Shown here: positions 9,332 through 19,862 of the stretch, in pieces
How the letters are laid out: every line of letters begins with the position of its first letter
Numbering within the stretch: position 1 is the first letter of the stretch
Assembly (NCBI RefSeq): GCF_011762485.1
Contig: NZ_JAAKGI010000001.1
Coordinates: 385,962 to 449,961, forward strand
Direction: 5' to 3'
Source of the DNA: Yeosuana marina
Lineage (GTDB): Bacteria; Bacteroidota; Bacteroidia; Flavobacteriales; Flavobacteriaceae
DNA: 64,000 nucleotides
The notes under the pieces: model-generated
What the model was told of the DNA's origin: nothing
The model's database searches: none
The model's input: only the letters and a program-made list of their open reading frames with translations
Program-made: the position numbers and the translations under genes

Positions 9332-10471
9332 ATGAAGTTTAACACAAAAGTTATACATGGTGGCCAAGAGCACGATTTAGCTTATGGTGCTGTAATGCCT
9401 CCAATTTATCAAACAACGACTTATGCACAAACAACTCCCGGAGGACATAAGGGTTATGAATATTCAAGAACTCATAATCCGACACGACATGCTCTAGAGA
9501 GTGCGTTTGCAAGTATTGAAAACGGTAAATATGGACTAGCATTTGGGTCGGGGTTAGCTGCTATTGATGCTGTAATGAAGCTATTAAAGCCTGGCGATGA
9601 GGTTATTTCAACTAATAATTTATACGGAGGCTCTTATAGGTTATTCACTAAAATATTTCAAGACTTTGGCATTAAATTTCATTTTGTTGAAATGGAGAAT
9701 GTATCTCATATTGAAACCTACATCAATGATAATACAAAACTTATCTGGGTAGAAACGCCAACGAACCCGATGATGAATATTATTGATATTCAAGCAGTGT
9801 CAATACTTTCAAAAAAGCACCATATTTTATTAGCAGTCGATAATACATTTGCCACTCCCTATTTGCAACAACCTTTAGAACTGGGAGCAGATATCGTGAT
9901 GCATTCCGCCACCAAATATTTGGGAGGCCATAGCGATGTTGTTATGGGAGGCTTGGTCGTTAACGACAAGGCGTTGGCAGATAAGTTATATTTTATTCAA
10001 AATGCCAGTGGAGCTATTTGTGGTCCACAAGATAGTTTTCTAGTATTACGTGGTATTAAAACTTTGCATGTAAGAATGCAGCGTCACTGTGAAAATGGAA
10101 AAGCTATAGCTTATTTCTTGAAGACGCATCCAAAAATTGATAAGGTTTTTTGGCCTGGTTTTGAAGATCATCCTAATCATGCTATTGCAAAATCTCAAAT
10201 GAAAGATTTTGGAGGTATGCTATCATTTACAATAACAGGAAATGATTATAAGCAAGCTATTAAAACAGTTGAAAACCTTAAAGTTTTTACTTTGGCAGAA
10301 TCATTAGGGGGCGTAGAGTCACTTTGTGGTCATCCAGCAAGTATGACACATTCTAGTATTCCAAAATCGGAACGTGAAAAAATAGGAATTGTAGATTCTT
10401 TAATACGGTTAAGTGTTGGTATAGAAGATGTAGATGATTTGATTGCCGATTTACAACAGGCTTTGTCTTAA
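9332..10471 (+). CDS. PLP-dependent trans-sulfuration enzyme (cystathionine gamma-synthase/beta-lyase family)
   Basis: 379 aa. PLP-lysine motif HSATKYLGGHSD. Cys/Met-metabolism PLP enzyme length and architecture. Confidence 0.85.
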   Translation: MKFNTKVIHGGQEHDLAYGAVMPPIYQTTTYAQTTPGGHKGYEYSRTHNPTRHALESAFASIENGKYGLAFGSGLAAIDAVMKLLKPGDEVISTNNLYGGSYRLFTKIFQDFGIKFHFVEMENVSHIETYINDNTKLIWVETPTNPMMNIIDIQAVSILSKKHHILLAVDNTFATPYLQQPLELGADIVMHSATKYLGGHSDVVMGGLVVNDKALADKLYFIQNASGAICGPQDSFLVLRGIKTLHVRMQRHCENGKAIAYFLKTHPKIDKVFWPGFEDHPNHAIAKSQMKDFGGMLSFTITGNDYKQAIKTVENLKVFTLAESLGGVESLCGHPASMTHSSIPKSEREKIGIVDSLIRLSVGIEDVDDLIADLQQALS

Positions 10472-11274
10472 TCCAGATAAAAAATATAGCCTACATTAAA
10501 CCATAGTAACCAATCATTATATTTATTATAATCTAATTGATGGTTTAATCCATCAACCCAGTCATTAAAATAATATTGCCATCTCAAGTCTAGCATTAAA
10601 TCAGACGTGGTATTAAGTTTATATCGAACACCCACACTTGAAACAACAGAAAACGTACTTCCAGAAGAGGCATCAACGGATCCCGGAGCCCATTGAGAAT
10701 AAAAATTGGTAGGGTTTAACACATTACCATAAGCAAGAGGGTTTGGATTGTCATAGGTTGTGCTAACTTCTGGAGAAAAAAAGGTATAATGCACACCCAA
10801 ACTAACAAATGGTGCAAATCTAGGCGTAAAAGCTTCAAAAGCATGAATACTTAAAGGATAAAATTCTAATTGTGTTCCAATATCAAAATTATTAGCCACT
10901 CCTTTGTGCCCTCTTAGCCTTTTGGCATCTTCAGAGGTTTTACTAGGGTCAACCCATTGTCCAAAATGTTCTAATTTAGTTTTATTCCAGGATATTTCAT
11001 TACGCACTTTAAAGTGATCATTAAAATAAGAGTCTCTATTAATTAAATTTGAGTAATTTCTTCGGTAAGAAAAGTTAAAGTATTGAACAACACCTATACC
11101 AAAACCCATATTACCAATGTTTGTCGCCTTGTCAGTTCTACTACCAAAATCTGATCTAAATTGGACAGGACCAGCAATAATGCCAATTTCTGGTGAAAAA
11201 CCAAATTGAGAGAACGCTGCTTGCGTTATTATAAACACGCAAAACGCAGCAGCTAAATGTTTAAAATTAAACAT
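10468..11274 (-). CDS. Hypothetical outer-membrane beta-barrel protein
   Basis: Signal peptide MFNFKHLAAAFCVFIITQAAFSQ. Alternating aromatic/polar composition. C-terminal YIFYLD. Confidence 0.4.
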   Translation of the reverse strand: MFNFKHLAAAFCVFIITQAAFSQFGFSPEIGIIAGPVQFRSDFGSRTDKATNIGNMGFGIGVVQYFNFSYRRNYSNLINRDSYFNDHFKVRNEISWNKTKLEHFGQWVDPSKTSEDAKRLRGHKGVANNFDIGTQLEFYPLSIHAFEAFTPRFAPFVSLGVHYTFFSPEVSTTYDNPNPLAYGNVLNPTNFYSQWAPGSVDASSGSTFSVVSSVGVRYKLNTTSDLMLDLRWQYYFNDWVDGLNHQLDYNKYNDWLLWFNVGYIFYLD

Positions 11275-11473
11275 ACTATGGTTTATTTTTTTGAGGCATT
11301 AACTTAGCAAATATATAAAAACAGAATTTAGAATCAAATCATTATAAAAACGTAGAAATAGCAATAAAATTATTTATTATGAAATTATAAAAAAATCGGC
11401 TTTTTTTTGAAGATATCGTATCTTTGTTATAATATATTGAAAAGTTCATAATTATTAACTCAAATTTGAATAA

Positions 11474-12817
11474 ATGAAAAGTAATATTGAAGCATTTTTA
11501 GATCTTGTAAAAGAAAGAAATGGTCAAGAACCAGAGTTTTTACAAGCCGTTCAGGAAGTTGCAGAAACAGTAATTCCTTACATCGTCGAGCACGATATTT
11601 ATTACGGTAGAAACATTCTATTAAGAATGGTAGAACCAGAAAGAGCGTTAACTTTTAGGGTGTGCTGGGTAGATGATTCTGGTGAAATTCAAGTAAACAG
11701 AGGATATAGAATTCAAATGAATTCAGCTATAGGCCCGTTTAAAGGCGGTTTGCGTTTTCATCCAACGGTTAACATGAGTATTTTAAAGTTTTTAGCTTTT
11801 GAACAAGTATTTAAAAATGCGTTGACCACACTACCAATGGGAGGTGGAAAAGGGGGAAGTGATTTTGACCCTAAAGGTAAAAGTGATGATGAAATTATGC
11901 GTTTTTGTCATTCATTTATGAGTGAATTATTTAGACATATAGGCCCTAATACAGATGTGCCAGCAGGAGATATTGGAGTAGGTGCCAGAGAAATTGGCTT
12001 CCTATTTGGTATGTACAAAAAATTAAGAAATGAATTTACTGGGGTTTTAACAGGTAAAGGATTATCTTGGGGAGGCTCTTTAATACGACCAGAAGCAACA
12101 GGTTATGGAACTGTTTATTTTGCAGAAAGTATGTTAAAAACTAAAGAGGAAGATTTAAATGGTAAGGATGTTGTTATATCTGGATCTGGTAATGTAGCGC
12201 AATATGCTGCAGAAAAATGTCTTCAGTTAGGCGCTAAAGTTTTAACATTATCTGATTCTTCTGGATATATTTATGATTCGGAAGGAATAGATGCAGATAA
12301 GTTAGCGTATGTAATGAATCTAAAAAACGTGAAAAGAGGGCGAATAAGTGAATATTTAGAAAACTATCCTCATGCTAAATTTGTAAAAGGAAAAACACCA
12401 TGGGAAGTTAAGTGCGATATAGCTTTACCATGTGCCACACAAAATGAACTTCATGAAGCCGATGCTAAAATGCTGTTGAAAAATGGCTGTATTTGTGTGA
12501 GTGAAGGAGCTAATATGCCATCAACTATTGATGCTGTACATGCATTCCAAAAAGCTAAAATTTTATATGCGCCAGGAAAAGCATCTAATGCAGGTGGTGT
12601 TGCAACGTCTGGTTTAGAAATGACTCAAAACTCGTTGCGTTTTAACTGGACGAGAGATGAAGTAGATTTAAAACTGAAAAGCATCATGTCTAACATTCAC
12701 GATGCATGTATAGAGTTTGGTACAGAAGAAGATGGTTATATTAACTATGTAAAAGGAGCCAATATTGCAGGATTTGTTAAAGTGGCTGATGCCATGTTAG
12801 CGCAAGGTATCGTGTAA
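11474..12817 (+). CDS. gdhA: NADP-specific glutamate dehydrogenase
   Basis: KGGLRFHP, GGGKGGSDFDPKGKSD and GSGNVAQYAAEK...SDSSG are near-identical to E. coli GdhA motifs. Confidence 0.9.
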   Translation: MKSNIEAFLDLVKERNGQEPEFLQAVQEVAETVIPYIVEHDIYYGRNILLRMVEPERALTFRVCWVDDSGEIQVNRGYRIQMNSAIGPFKGGLRFHPTVNMSILKFLAFEQVFKNALTTLPMGGGKGGSDFDPKGKSDDEIMRFCHSFMSELFRHIGPNTDVPAGDIGVGAREIGFLFGMYKKLRNEFTGVLTGKGLSWGGSLIRPEATGYGTVYFAESMLKTKEEDLNGKDVVISGSGNVAQYAAEKCLQLGAKVLTLSDSSGYIYDSEGIDADKLAYVMNLKNVKRGRISEYLENYPHAKFVKGKTPWEVKCDIALPCATQNELHEADAKMLLKNGCICVSEGANMPSTIDAVHAFQKAKILYAPGKASNAGGVATSGLEMTQNSLRFNWTRDEVDLKLKSIMSNIHDACIEFGTEEDGYINYVKGANIAGFVKVADAMLAQGIV

Positions 12818-12846
12818 AACAAAACATCGTTATAGTTTAAATAAAA

Positions 12847-15800
12847 ATGCATAAAAATAGACTACCAGATTTAAGAAATTACGAATTTGAAGAAGTTGCA
12901 TTTGGAGAATTAATGCAAAACAGAATTAATAAAGTTCTTATAGTTTGTTCTAACTATGATTTTTATATGTTAGAAGAAGATGGTAGAATAGATGAACGCA
13001 TTTTTAACGAATATACAGATTTAAACTTACGATATCCTCCAAATTTCGTACATGCAAACTCTGCTAAAAGAGCTATAAAACTAATGGCTGAAGTTAAAAT
13101 AGACTTAGTCATAACGTGGTTAGATATTGGTAATTATAACGCATTCGAAACTTCAAAAGAGATAAAAGGGGCCTTTCCGGAGGTCCCAATTGCTGCTCTA
13201 AGTTTTTACTCTTCAGAATTAAGAAGTAAATTAGAAAAGAGTAATAAAGGCATTATCGATACTGTGTTTCACTGGAATGGTAATGTTGATATTTTCTTGG
13301 CAATTATAAAATTGACAGAAGATAGAATGAATGCTAAAAGAGATATTAATCAAATTGGTGTAAAAGCCATCTTGATGGTAGAAGACTCTTTAAAATTCTA
13401 TTCAAGATATTTACCCATTATCTATAAAATTCTTTTAAAACAAACGCGCGCTTTTATGTCTGAAGGCTTAAATGAGCACAGAAGCATGATGCTTATGCGA
13501 GGGCGCCCAAAAATGTTATTGGCAACAACTTATGAAGAAGGCTTAGAACTTTTTGAAAAGTATAAAAGTAATTTACTAGGCGTAATTTCTGATGTTAATT
13601 ATTTTAAAGATGGCAAAAGAGACCCAGAAGCAGGGTTTGAATTTTTAAAATATGTACGAAGTTCTCAACGTTATTTTCCTTTTTTAATTCAATCGTCCGA
13701 TAACAATAATGAAGAAAAAACCCATGAATTAAAAGGTAAATTTTTATACAAGCACTCAGAAACATTAGGAACAGATTTAAAAAACTATATCAATAAATAT
13801 TTTTCATTTGGTGATTTTGAGTTTTGGGATCCAGAACAAATGAAAGTGTTGGCGGTTGTAAAAAATTTAAGTGAACTCCAAAAAGCTTTAAAAACGGTTA
13901 GTAAAGCGTCTATTGCGTATCATGCTAAGCGAAGTGAATATTCTAAATGGCTCAAATCTAGAGCCTTATTCCCTTTAGCAAATCTATTTAGTAATGTAGA
14001 GTATGATGATTTTGACGACCTAGAACAAATTAGAGAATTTTTAATAAAAGCTATAAGGGCTTATAGTATTTATAGGTCTAAAGGTGTTATCGTAAAATTT
14101 GATAAAGAGAAGTATGATGAATATTTAGGTTTTGCCAGAATAGGAGATGGTTCTCTTGGAGGTAAAGGACGCGGACTAGCTTTTATAGATTCATTTTTAA
14201 AACGTCATAAGCTTTTTAGGAAATATGAAGACGTTTATATTTCTATACCCAGAACCGTTGTAATAAGTACTGAAGTTTTTGATGAGTTTATTGAACGATA
14301 CGATTTAATTAGGTTTGCTGCTAACTCAAATAGCGATGAAGAAATATTAAATAAGTTTATTTCAAAACCTCTGCCTCAATGGGTTTTAGAGGATATTCAA
14401 GCATTTCTAAATATTGTAAAAAGACCTATAGCAGTTCGTTCTTCTAGTGTTCTAGAAGATTCCCATTTTCAGCCTTTTGCGGGTGTGTTTGCAACATATA
14501 TGATTCCAAACACCAACGACAGCCAAATGCTGGAAACCCTATCTAATGCTATTAAATCGGTGATGGCATCAGCCTTTTTTCAAGCAAGTAAGGCCTATTT
14601 AAAGGCAACATCGCATACCATAGAAGAAGATAAAATGGCTGTTATTCTTCAAGAATTAACAGGTAAACAATATGATGATATTTACTATCCAAATATTTCG
14701 GGAGTTGCAAGATCTATTAACTTCTATCCTATTGGAAATGAAAAACCAAATGAAGGAATTGCGAATATTGCTTTAGGTTTGGGTGAAATTATAGTTGGTG
14801 GTGGCCGTAGTTTGCGTTTTTCGCCTTACCATCCTAAAAAAGTCTTGCAATTGTCTTCGCCAGATTCAACCCAGCGTGATACACAGCAATATTTTTACGG
14901 TCTAGATTTAGATCCTAAAAGTTATAAAGTTTCAATAAATGAGGGTGTTAATAAAAAGAAGGTTACTTTAAGACAAGCTAAAAACCATCCATCTTTAAAA
15001 TTTGTTGCTTCCACTTACGATTTGCAAAATAATATCATCAGACCTGGTGTTTTACACGATGGAATACGCGTAGTAACTTTTGATAATGTTTTAAAATACG
15101 GTTCGTTTCCGTTGCCAGAAATCTTAAAAGATTTATTGCACGTTGGGCAACGAGAAATGAGAAACCCAATAGAAATTGAGTTTGCTGTAAACCTAGATGT
15201 TCCCAAAGGGCAACCAAGAATTTTTAGTTTTTTACAAATAAGACCCATTGTTGAAAGTGTTGTAACCAATAATGAATTACCTGAAGACTTTAATGTTGAT
15301 GATACTATTATATATACAGAATCTGCATTAGGAAATGGCACTTATGATTATATAAAGAATTTTGTGTATGTAAAGCCAGAAACATTTAACCCTGCAAACA
15401 CAAGAGAAATAGCTTATGCGGTCGAGAATATAAATAAAAAGTTTACTGACAAAGATGAACAATACATTTTAGTTGGACCAGGACGATGGGGCTCAAGCGA
15501 CCCTTGGCTAGGAATTCCTGTTATTTGGCCTCAAATTTCTTCGGCTAAAATAATAGTCGAAGCTGGTTTAAATGATTTTAGAATCGACCCAAGTCAAGGC
15601 ACACATTTTTTTCAAAATTTAACCTCTTTCAAGGTTGGCTATTTTACTATTAATCCTTTTATGAATGACGGCTCTTTTGATTTAGACTATTTAAATAAAC
15701 AAGAAGCCTGTTATGAAGATGAGTACTTAAGACACATTTGTTTTAAGGATCCATTAACTATTATTATTGAAGGTAAAAGCAATAAAGCAGCTATTTTCAA

Positions 15801-15879
15801 GTCTGGATTTAAAATCACAAGGCACCTAGAATCCTTAGAAAATTCTATAGATGATTTACCGCCTGAGGGGTTTATGTAA
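12847..15879 (+). CDS. Multidomain protein with two N-terminal receiver-like (pseudo-receiver) domains and a PEP/pyruvate-binding PPDK_N-type domain
   Basis: 1010 aa. REC-like segments are KVLIVCSNYD... and KAILMVEDSLKFYSRYLPIIYKIL. Glycine loop IGDGSLGGKGRGLAFID is typical of the PEP synthase/PPDK nucleotide-binding domain. It starts 29 bp after the gdhA stop, which suggests co-transcription. Confidence 0.55.
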   Translation: MHKNRLPDLRNYEFEEVAFGELMQNRINKVLIVCSNYDFYMLEEDGRIDERIFNEYTDLNLRYPPNFVHANSAKRAIKLMAEVKIDLVITWLDIGNYNAFETSKEIKGAFPEVPIAALSFYSSELRSKLEKSNKGIIDTVFHWNGNVDIFLAIIKLTEDRMNAKRDINQIGVKAILMVEDSLKFYSRYLPIIYKILLKQTRAFMSEGLNEHRSMMLMRGRPKMLLATTYEEGLELFEKYKSNLLGVISDVNYFKDGKRDPEAGFEFLKYVRSSQRYFPFLIQSSDNNNEEKTHELKGKFLYKHSETLGTDLKNYINKYFSFGDFEFWDPEQMKVLAVVKNLSELQKALKTVSKASIAYHAKRSEYSKWLKSRALFPLANLFSNVEYDDFDDLEQIREFLIKAIRAYSIYRSKGVIVKFDKEKYDEYLGFARIGDGSLGGKGRGLAFIDSFLKRHKLFRKYEDVYISIPRTVVISTEVFDEFIERYDLIRFAANSNSDEEILNKFISKPLPQWVLEDIQAFLNIVKRPIAVRSSSVLEDSHFQPFAGVFATYMIPNTNDSQMLETLSNAIKSVMASAFFQASKAYLKATSHTIEEDKMAVILQELTGKQYDDIYYPNISGVARSINFYPIGNEKPNEGIANIALGLGEIIVGGGRSLRFSPYHPKKVLQLSSPDSTQRDTQQYFYGLDLDPKSYKVSINEGVNKKKVTLRQAKNHPSLKFVASTYDLQNNIIRPGVLHDGIRVVTFDNVLKYGSFPLPEILKDLLHVGQREMRNPIEIEFAVNLDVPKGQPRIFSFLQIRPIVESVVTNNELPEDFNVDDTIIYTESALGNGTYDYIKNFVYVKPETFNPANTREIAYAVENINKKFTDKDEQYILVGPGRWGSSDPWLGIPVIWPQISSAKIIVEAGLNDFRIDPSQGTHFFQNLTSFKVGYFTINPFMNDGSFDLDYLNKQEACYEDEYLRHICFKDPLTIIIEGKSNKAAIFKSGFKITRHLESLENSIDDLPPEGFM

Positions 15880-16057
15880 TGTAAATCTATTTAATTTTAG
15901 GTAGTACATATATACTTTAAACCGCGTAACATAATGTGTTATAAAATTTCAACTTAATTTATTGAATTAATAAAAAATGCGAACATAAATCATGAATTAT
16001 TGATTTTAATATTGGTATTTTTGCATTATATTTTAAACACTTTTATATTTAAAGATC

Positions 16058-17395
16058 ATGAATGTAAAAAACATAATGACAAACCTTGAAACCAAGCATC
16101 CTGGTGAAAAGGAATACTTACAAGCAGTACATGAAGTATTGGAATCTATTGAAAGTATTTATAACGAAAACCCACAATATGAGTCCGCTAAAATTATCGA
16201 ACGATTAGTTGAGCCAGACCGTGTTTTAACCTTCAGAGTTTCTTGGTTAGATGATGATGAGCAAGTACATGTTAACCTAGGTTACAGAATACAATTTAAC
16301 AATGCTATAGGCCCTTACAAAGGTGGTATCAGACTGCATCCGAGTGTTAATTTAAGTATTTTAAAATTTTTGGGTTTTGAACAAACTTTTAAGAACGCAT
16401 TAACAACGTTGCCTTTAGGAGGGGCCAAAGGCGGATCTGATTTTAATCCAAAAGGAAAATCAGATACGGAAATTATGCGTTTTTGTCAAGCTTTCATGCT
16501 AGAGTTATGGCGCATTATTGGACCTAATACAGATGTTCCTGCAGGAGATATTGGTACCGGAGGAAGAGAAATTGGGTATATGTATGGCATGTACAAAAAA
16601 CTTAAATCAGAAAACACAGGAGTTCTTACTGGTAAAGGGCTCAATTGGGGAGGTAGTTTGATTAGACCTGAAGCTACTGGTTTTGGAGCTACCTATTTTA
16701 CCAATGAAATGTTAGTATCTAACAACGATTCTTTCAAAGGTAAAATAGTAACGGTTTCTGGTTTTGGTAATGTAGCTTGGGGGGTAGCTCTTAAAGTAAC
16801 AGAACTAGGAGGTAAAGTAGTAACAATATCTGGTCCTGATGGTTATATTTATGATGAAAAAGGGTTAGATGCCGATAAAATAGACTATTTGCTAGCGCTT
16901 AGAGCGTCTAATAACGATATTGTTTCTCCGTATGCAGATGAGTTCCCAGAAGCCATATTTGTTCCAGGCAAAAAACCTTGGGAGGTAAAATGTGATATAG
17001 CTATGCCAAGTGCTACACAAAATGAATTAAATGGTGAGGATGCGGCACAATTAATTGCTAATGGCGTTAAATATGTTGCTGAAGTGTCAAACATGGGATG
17101 TACTCCAGAAGCTATTGAAGTGTTGCACGACGCAAAAATTCCTTTTGGTCCAGGAAAAGCAGTTAATGCTGGTGGTGTTGGTGTTTCTGGTTTAGAAATG
17201 TCTCAAAACGCCATGAAATTAAATTGGACCGTAGATGAAGTGGATGCCAAATTACATCATATGATGTCATCAATTCATATGGCATGTATAAAATTTGGTA
17301 CTGAAGATGACGGTTATGTAAACTATGTAAAAGGTGCCAATATTGCTGGATTTATTAAAGTAGCAGATGCTATGTTAGACCAAGGTATTGTATAA
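16058..17395 (+). CDS. gdhA: Glutamate dehydrogenase, second paralog
   Basis: KGGIRLHP, GGAKGGSDFNPKGKSD. About 70% identical to the 11474..12817 product. Differs in the dinucleotide-fold region (GFGNVAWGVALK...SGPDG). Confidence 0.9.
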   Translation: MNVKNIMTNLETKHPGEKEYLQAVHEVLESIESIYNENPQYESAKIIERLVEPDRVLTFRVSWLDDDEQVHVNLGYRIQFNNAIGPYKGGIRLHPSVNLSILKFLGFEQTFKNALTTLPLGGAKGGSDFNPKGKSDTEIMRFCQAFMLELWRIIGPNTDVPAGDIGTGGREIGYMYGMYKKLKSENTGVLTGKGLNWGGSLIRPEATGFGATYFTNEMLVSNNDSFKGKIVTVSGFGNVAWGVALKVTELGGKVVTISGPDGYIYDEKGLDADKIDYLLALRASNNDIVSPYADEFPEAIFVPGKKPWEVKCDIAMPSATQNELNGEDAAQLIANGVKYVAEVSNMGCTPEAIEVLHDAKIPFGPGKAVNAGGVGVSGLEMSQNAMKLNWTVDEVDAKLHHMMSSIHMACIKFGTEDDGYVNYVKGANIAGFIKVADAMLDQGIV

Positions 17396-17415
17396 CAAAA
17401 ACTATAATTTATAAT

Positions 17416-17447
17416 AAAAAGCTTCCTTTATTGAGGGAGCTTTTTTT
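17416..17447 (+). terminator. Rho-independent terminator after gdhA paralog 2
   Basis: AGCTTCC-tttattga-GGGAGCT stem (7 bp with one G-U) followed by TTTTTTT. Confidence 0.5.
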
Positions 17448-17516
17448 ATATATTTATATCATTTTCAAGTAATACTCGTTAGATATAAATATATTTGAAA
17501 GTTTAAAACAGTATCT

Positions 17517-19862
17517 ATGTTTAAAAGAATAGTTGTATTTGCAATTTATCTCTTTCCGCTCTGTTATTTTGCTCAAGACTTTTCTGGGCTTTGGAAAGGC
17601 TATTTTTCGTTTTACAATATTAAAGACGTTGTTCAAGGCAATAATAAAATTTATGGAGCTTCAGAAAATGCTGTTTTTAGCTATGATACACAGACTCATG
17701 ATATCAAAGAAATTACGACGGTTAACGGGTTGTCTGGAGAGCAAATATCTACCATTTATTACAGCGAAGCTTATCAATTATTGATGATCGGTTATGAAAA
17801 CGGACTCATAGAAATCGCATTTGATAACGATGATAATGTACTAACTCTTGTAGATATTATAGACAAGGCAACCATACCACCAACAAACAAAAGAATCAAT
17901 CACTTTAACGCTTATGGCAATGTAGTGTATGTGGCTACAAATTATGGAATATCTGTTTTTAATTTAGATAGGCTAGAGTTTGGAGACACCTATTTTATTG
18001 GAAATTTAGGAAGTCAGACCAAAGTAAATCAAACAAGCATTTTTGGCGATTATATGTATGCGGCTTGCCAAGATGGAAACGGATTGCGAAAAGCACTTAT
18101 TTCAAATCCTAATCTCATAGATTATCAAAATTGGCAAACCGTTACAACGGGTGATTTTTTGGCTGTTGAAGCTGTGCAAGATAATTTGTACGCCATAAGA
18201 ACCAACAGAAGGCTTTATAGCGTTATAAATGATGTTTTAAGTGAATTAGTATTATATGATAACCCACCGCTGGATGTAAAATCGGTTAATGATAATTTAA
18301 TAGTCACCACCAAAAGCAATGTTTTTGTGTATGATGCTAATTTTAATATCCTTTCTCAAATAGGCCTAAATGCAGACTATAATACAACGTATTCTTCAGC
18401 AAGCCTTGTGTCAGATAATGTATATATAGGAACAAACGATTTTGGAGTGTTAAAAACGGTATTACTATCGCCAGTTACTTTTGAAGAGGTACATCCTGAT
18501 GGACCCTTATTAAACACCCCGTTTTCTATAAAAGCAACACCCAACAATCTTTGGGTAACATATGGAGATTATACTATTTATTACAACCCTTCACCTTTTC
18601 GAACTTATGGAATAAGTCATTTGAAAGATGAGCGGTGGGTTAATATTCCTTATGATAGTCTATTTAATTCAAGAAATTTAAACACGATTGCTATAAACCC
18701 TCTTAATACGAGTCAAGTTTTTATTAGTTCTTTTCAGGATGGGTTATTAGAAGTCGAAAATAATCAAGCAGTAATCAGGTACGATCAAACTAACAGTGGT
18801 TTAGAATCTCTTTACTTGCCTGGTAGTCCAAACTATATTAGTTTAAGGTTGTCTGGATTAGTTTTTGATAGTGCAGGATTACTGTGGTCTATAACATCTT
18901 TACTTAATAAGCCTTTAAAGTCTTATAACCCAAGCACCAAAGAATGGAGAAGCTACGATTTTACAAATATTATTAATGATCCTATTCAAGATAATTTGGG
19001 GTTTAATAATTTAGTTATTGATCCTTCAGGAACAAAATTCATCTCTTCATTTTCTAAAGGTGTTATCGGTTTTAATGAAAATAATGGAAATCCATTATTA
19101 AAAAATATAAGTGAGGAAGCTAATTTACCAGATAAGTCTGTCAGGACGGTTGCTTTAGATAAAAGAAATCAACTTTGGATAGGCACTCATAAAGGCTTAC
19201 GAATTTTATACAATACGTCCAACTTTTTTACTGATGATAATGTGCAAGCCGATGATATTATTATTCTAGAAGATGGTATTCCAAAAGAATTATTATTTGA
19301 ACAATTTATTTCGGATATTGAAGTCGATGGATCTAATAACAAGTGGATAGGCACCATTGGTTCTGGGCTTTTTTATTTGAGTTATGATGGTCAAAAAACA
19401 ATCCATCATTTTACTAAGGATAATTCACCGCTGCCATCAAATGATATACAAGATGTTTCCATTGATAATGCAACGGGAGAGGTTTATATTGCAACTAGTA
19501 AAGGCTTAGTATCCTTTCATTCAGGAGGCTCTAATCCGCAGGAAAACTTACAAAGTGCTTATGTATATCCAAATCCTGTTCGTCCAACGTTTAATATCGT
19601 AGATCAGAAAGTCAAAATTAAAGACATTTCAGAAAATGTAAATATTAAAATAACCGATATTGAAGGTAATTTGGTGGCCGAAGCCCAATCGAGAACCAAT
19701 TTACGTTATAATGGCTATAATCTTGAAATTGATGGCGGAACTGCCTATTGGAACGGTAAAAACCTTGCTAATAACGTGGTAGCGTCTGGGGTTTATTTAG
19801 TGATGCTTTCCGATTTGGATACCTACGAAACCAGAGTTATAAAATTAATGGTCGTTAGATAA
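17517..19862 (+). CDS. Secreted T9SS cargo protein with beta-propeller (two-component-regulator propeller-like) repeats
   Basis: Signal peptide MFKRIVVFAIYLFPLCYFAQ. Repeated Y/W-rich propeller-like blades. C-terminal T9SS type-A sorting domain (YVYPNPV...GVYLVMLSD...RVIKLMVVR). Confidence 0.6.
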   Translation: MFKRIVVFAIYLFPLCYFAQDFSGLWKGYFSFYNIKDVVQGNNKIYGASENAVFSYDTQTHDIKEITTVNGLSGEQISTIYYSEAYQLLMIGYENGLIEIAFDNDDNVLTLVDIIDKATIPPTNKRINHFNAYGNVVYVATNYGISVFNLDRLEFGDTYFIGNLGSQTKVNQTSIFGDYMYAACQDGNGLRKALISNPNLIDYQNWQTVTTGDFLAVEAVQDNLYAIRTNRRLYSVINDVLSELVLYDNPPLDVKSVNDNLIVTTKSNVFVYDANFNILSQIGLNADYNTTYSSASLVSDNVYIGTNDFGVLKTVLLSPVTFEEVHPDGPLLNTPFSIKATPNNLWVTYGDYTIYYNPSPFRTYGISHLKDERWVNIPYDSLFNSRNLNTIAINPLNTSQVFISSFQDGLLEVENNQAVIRYDQTNSGLESLYLPGSPNYISLRLSGLVFDSAGLLWSITSLLNKPLKSYNPSTKEWRSYDFTNIINDPIQDNLGFNNLVIDPSGTKFISSFSKGVIGFNENNGNPLLKNISEEANLPDKSVRTVALDKRNQLWIGTHKGLRILYNTSNFFTDDNVQADDIIILEDGIPKELLFEQFISDIEVDGSNNKWIGTIGSGLFYLSYDGQKTIHHFTKDNSPLPSNDIQDVSIDNATGEVYIATSKGLVSFHSGGSNPQENLQSAYVYPNPVRPTFNIVDQKVKIKDISENVNIKITDIEGNLVAEAQSRTNLRYNGYNLEIDGGTAYWNGKNLANNVVASGVYLVMLSDLDTYETRVIKLMVVR

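Noticed and set aside
17454-17784. Small ORFs overlapping the start of the T9SS propeller protein gene
   Set aside because: They overlap the promoter and 5' end of a well-supported 781-aa signal-peptide protein and have low-complexity composition.
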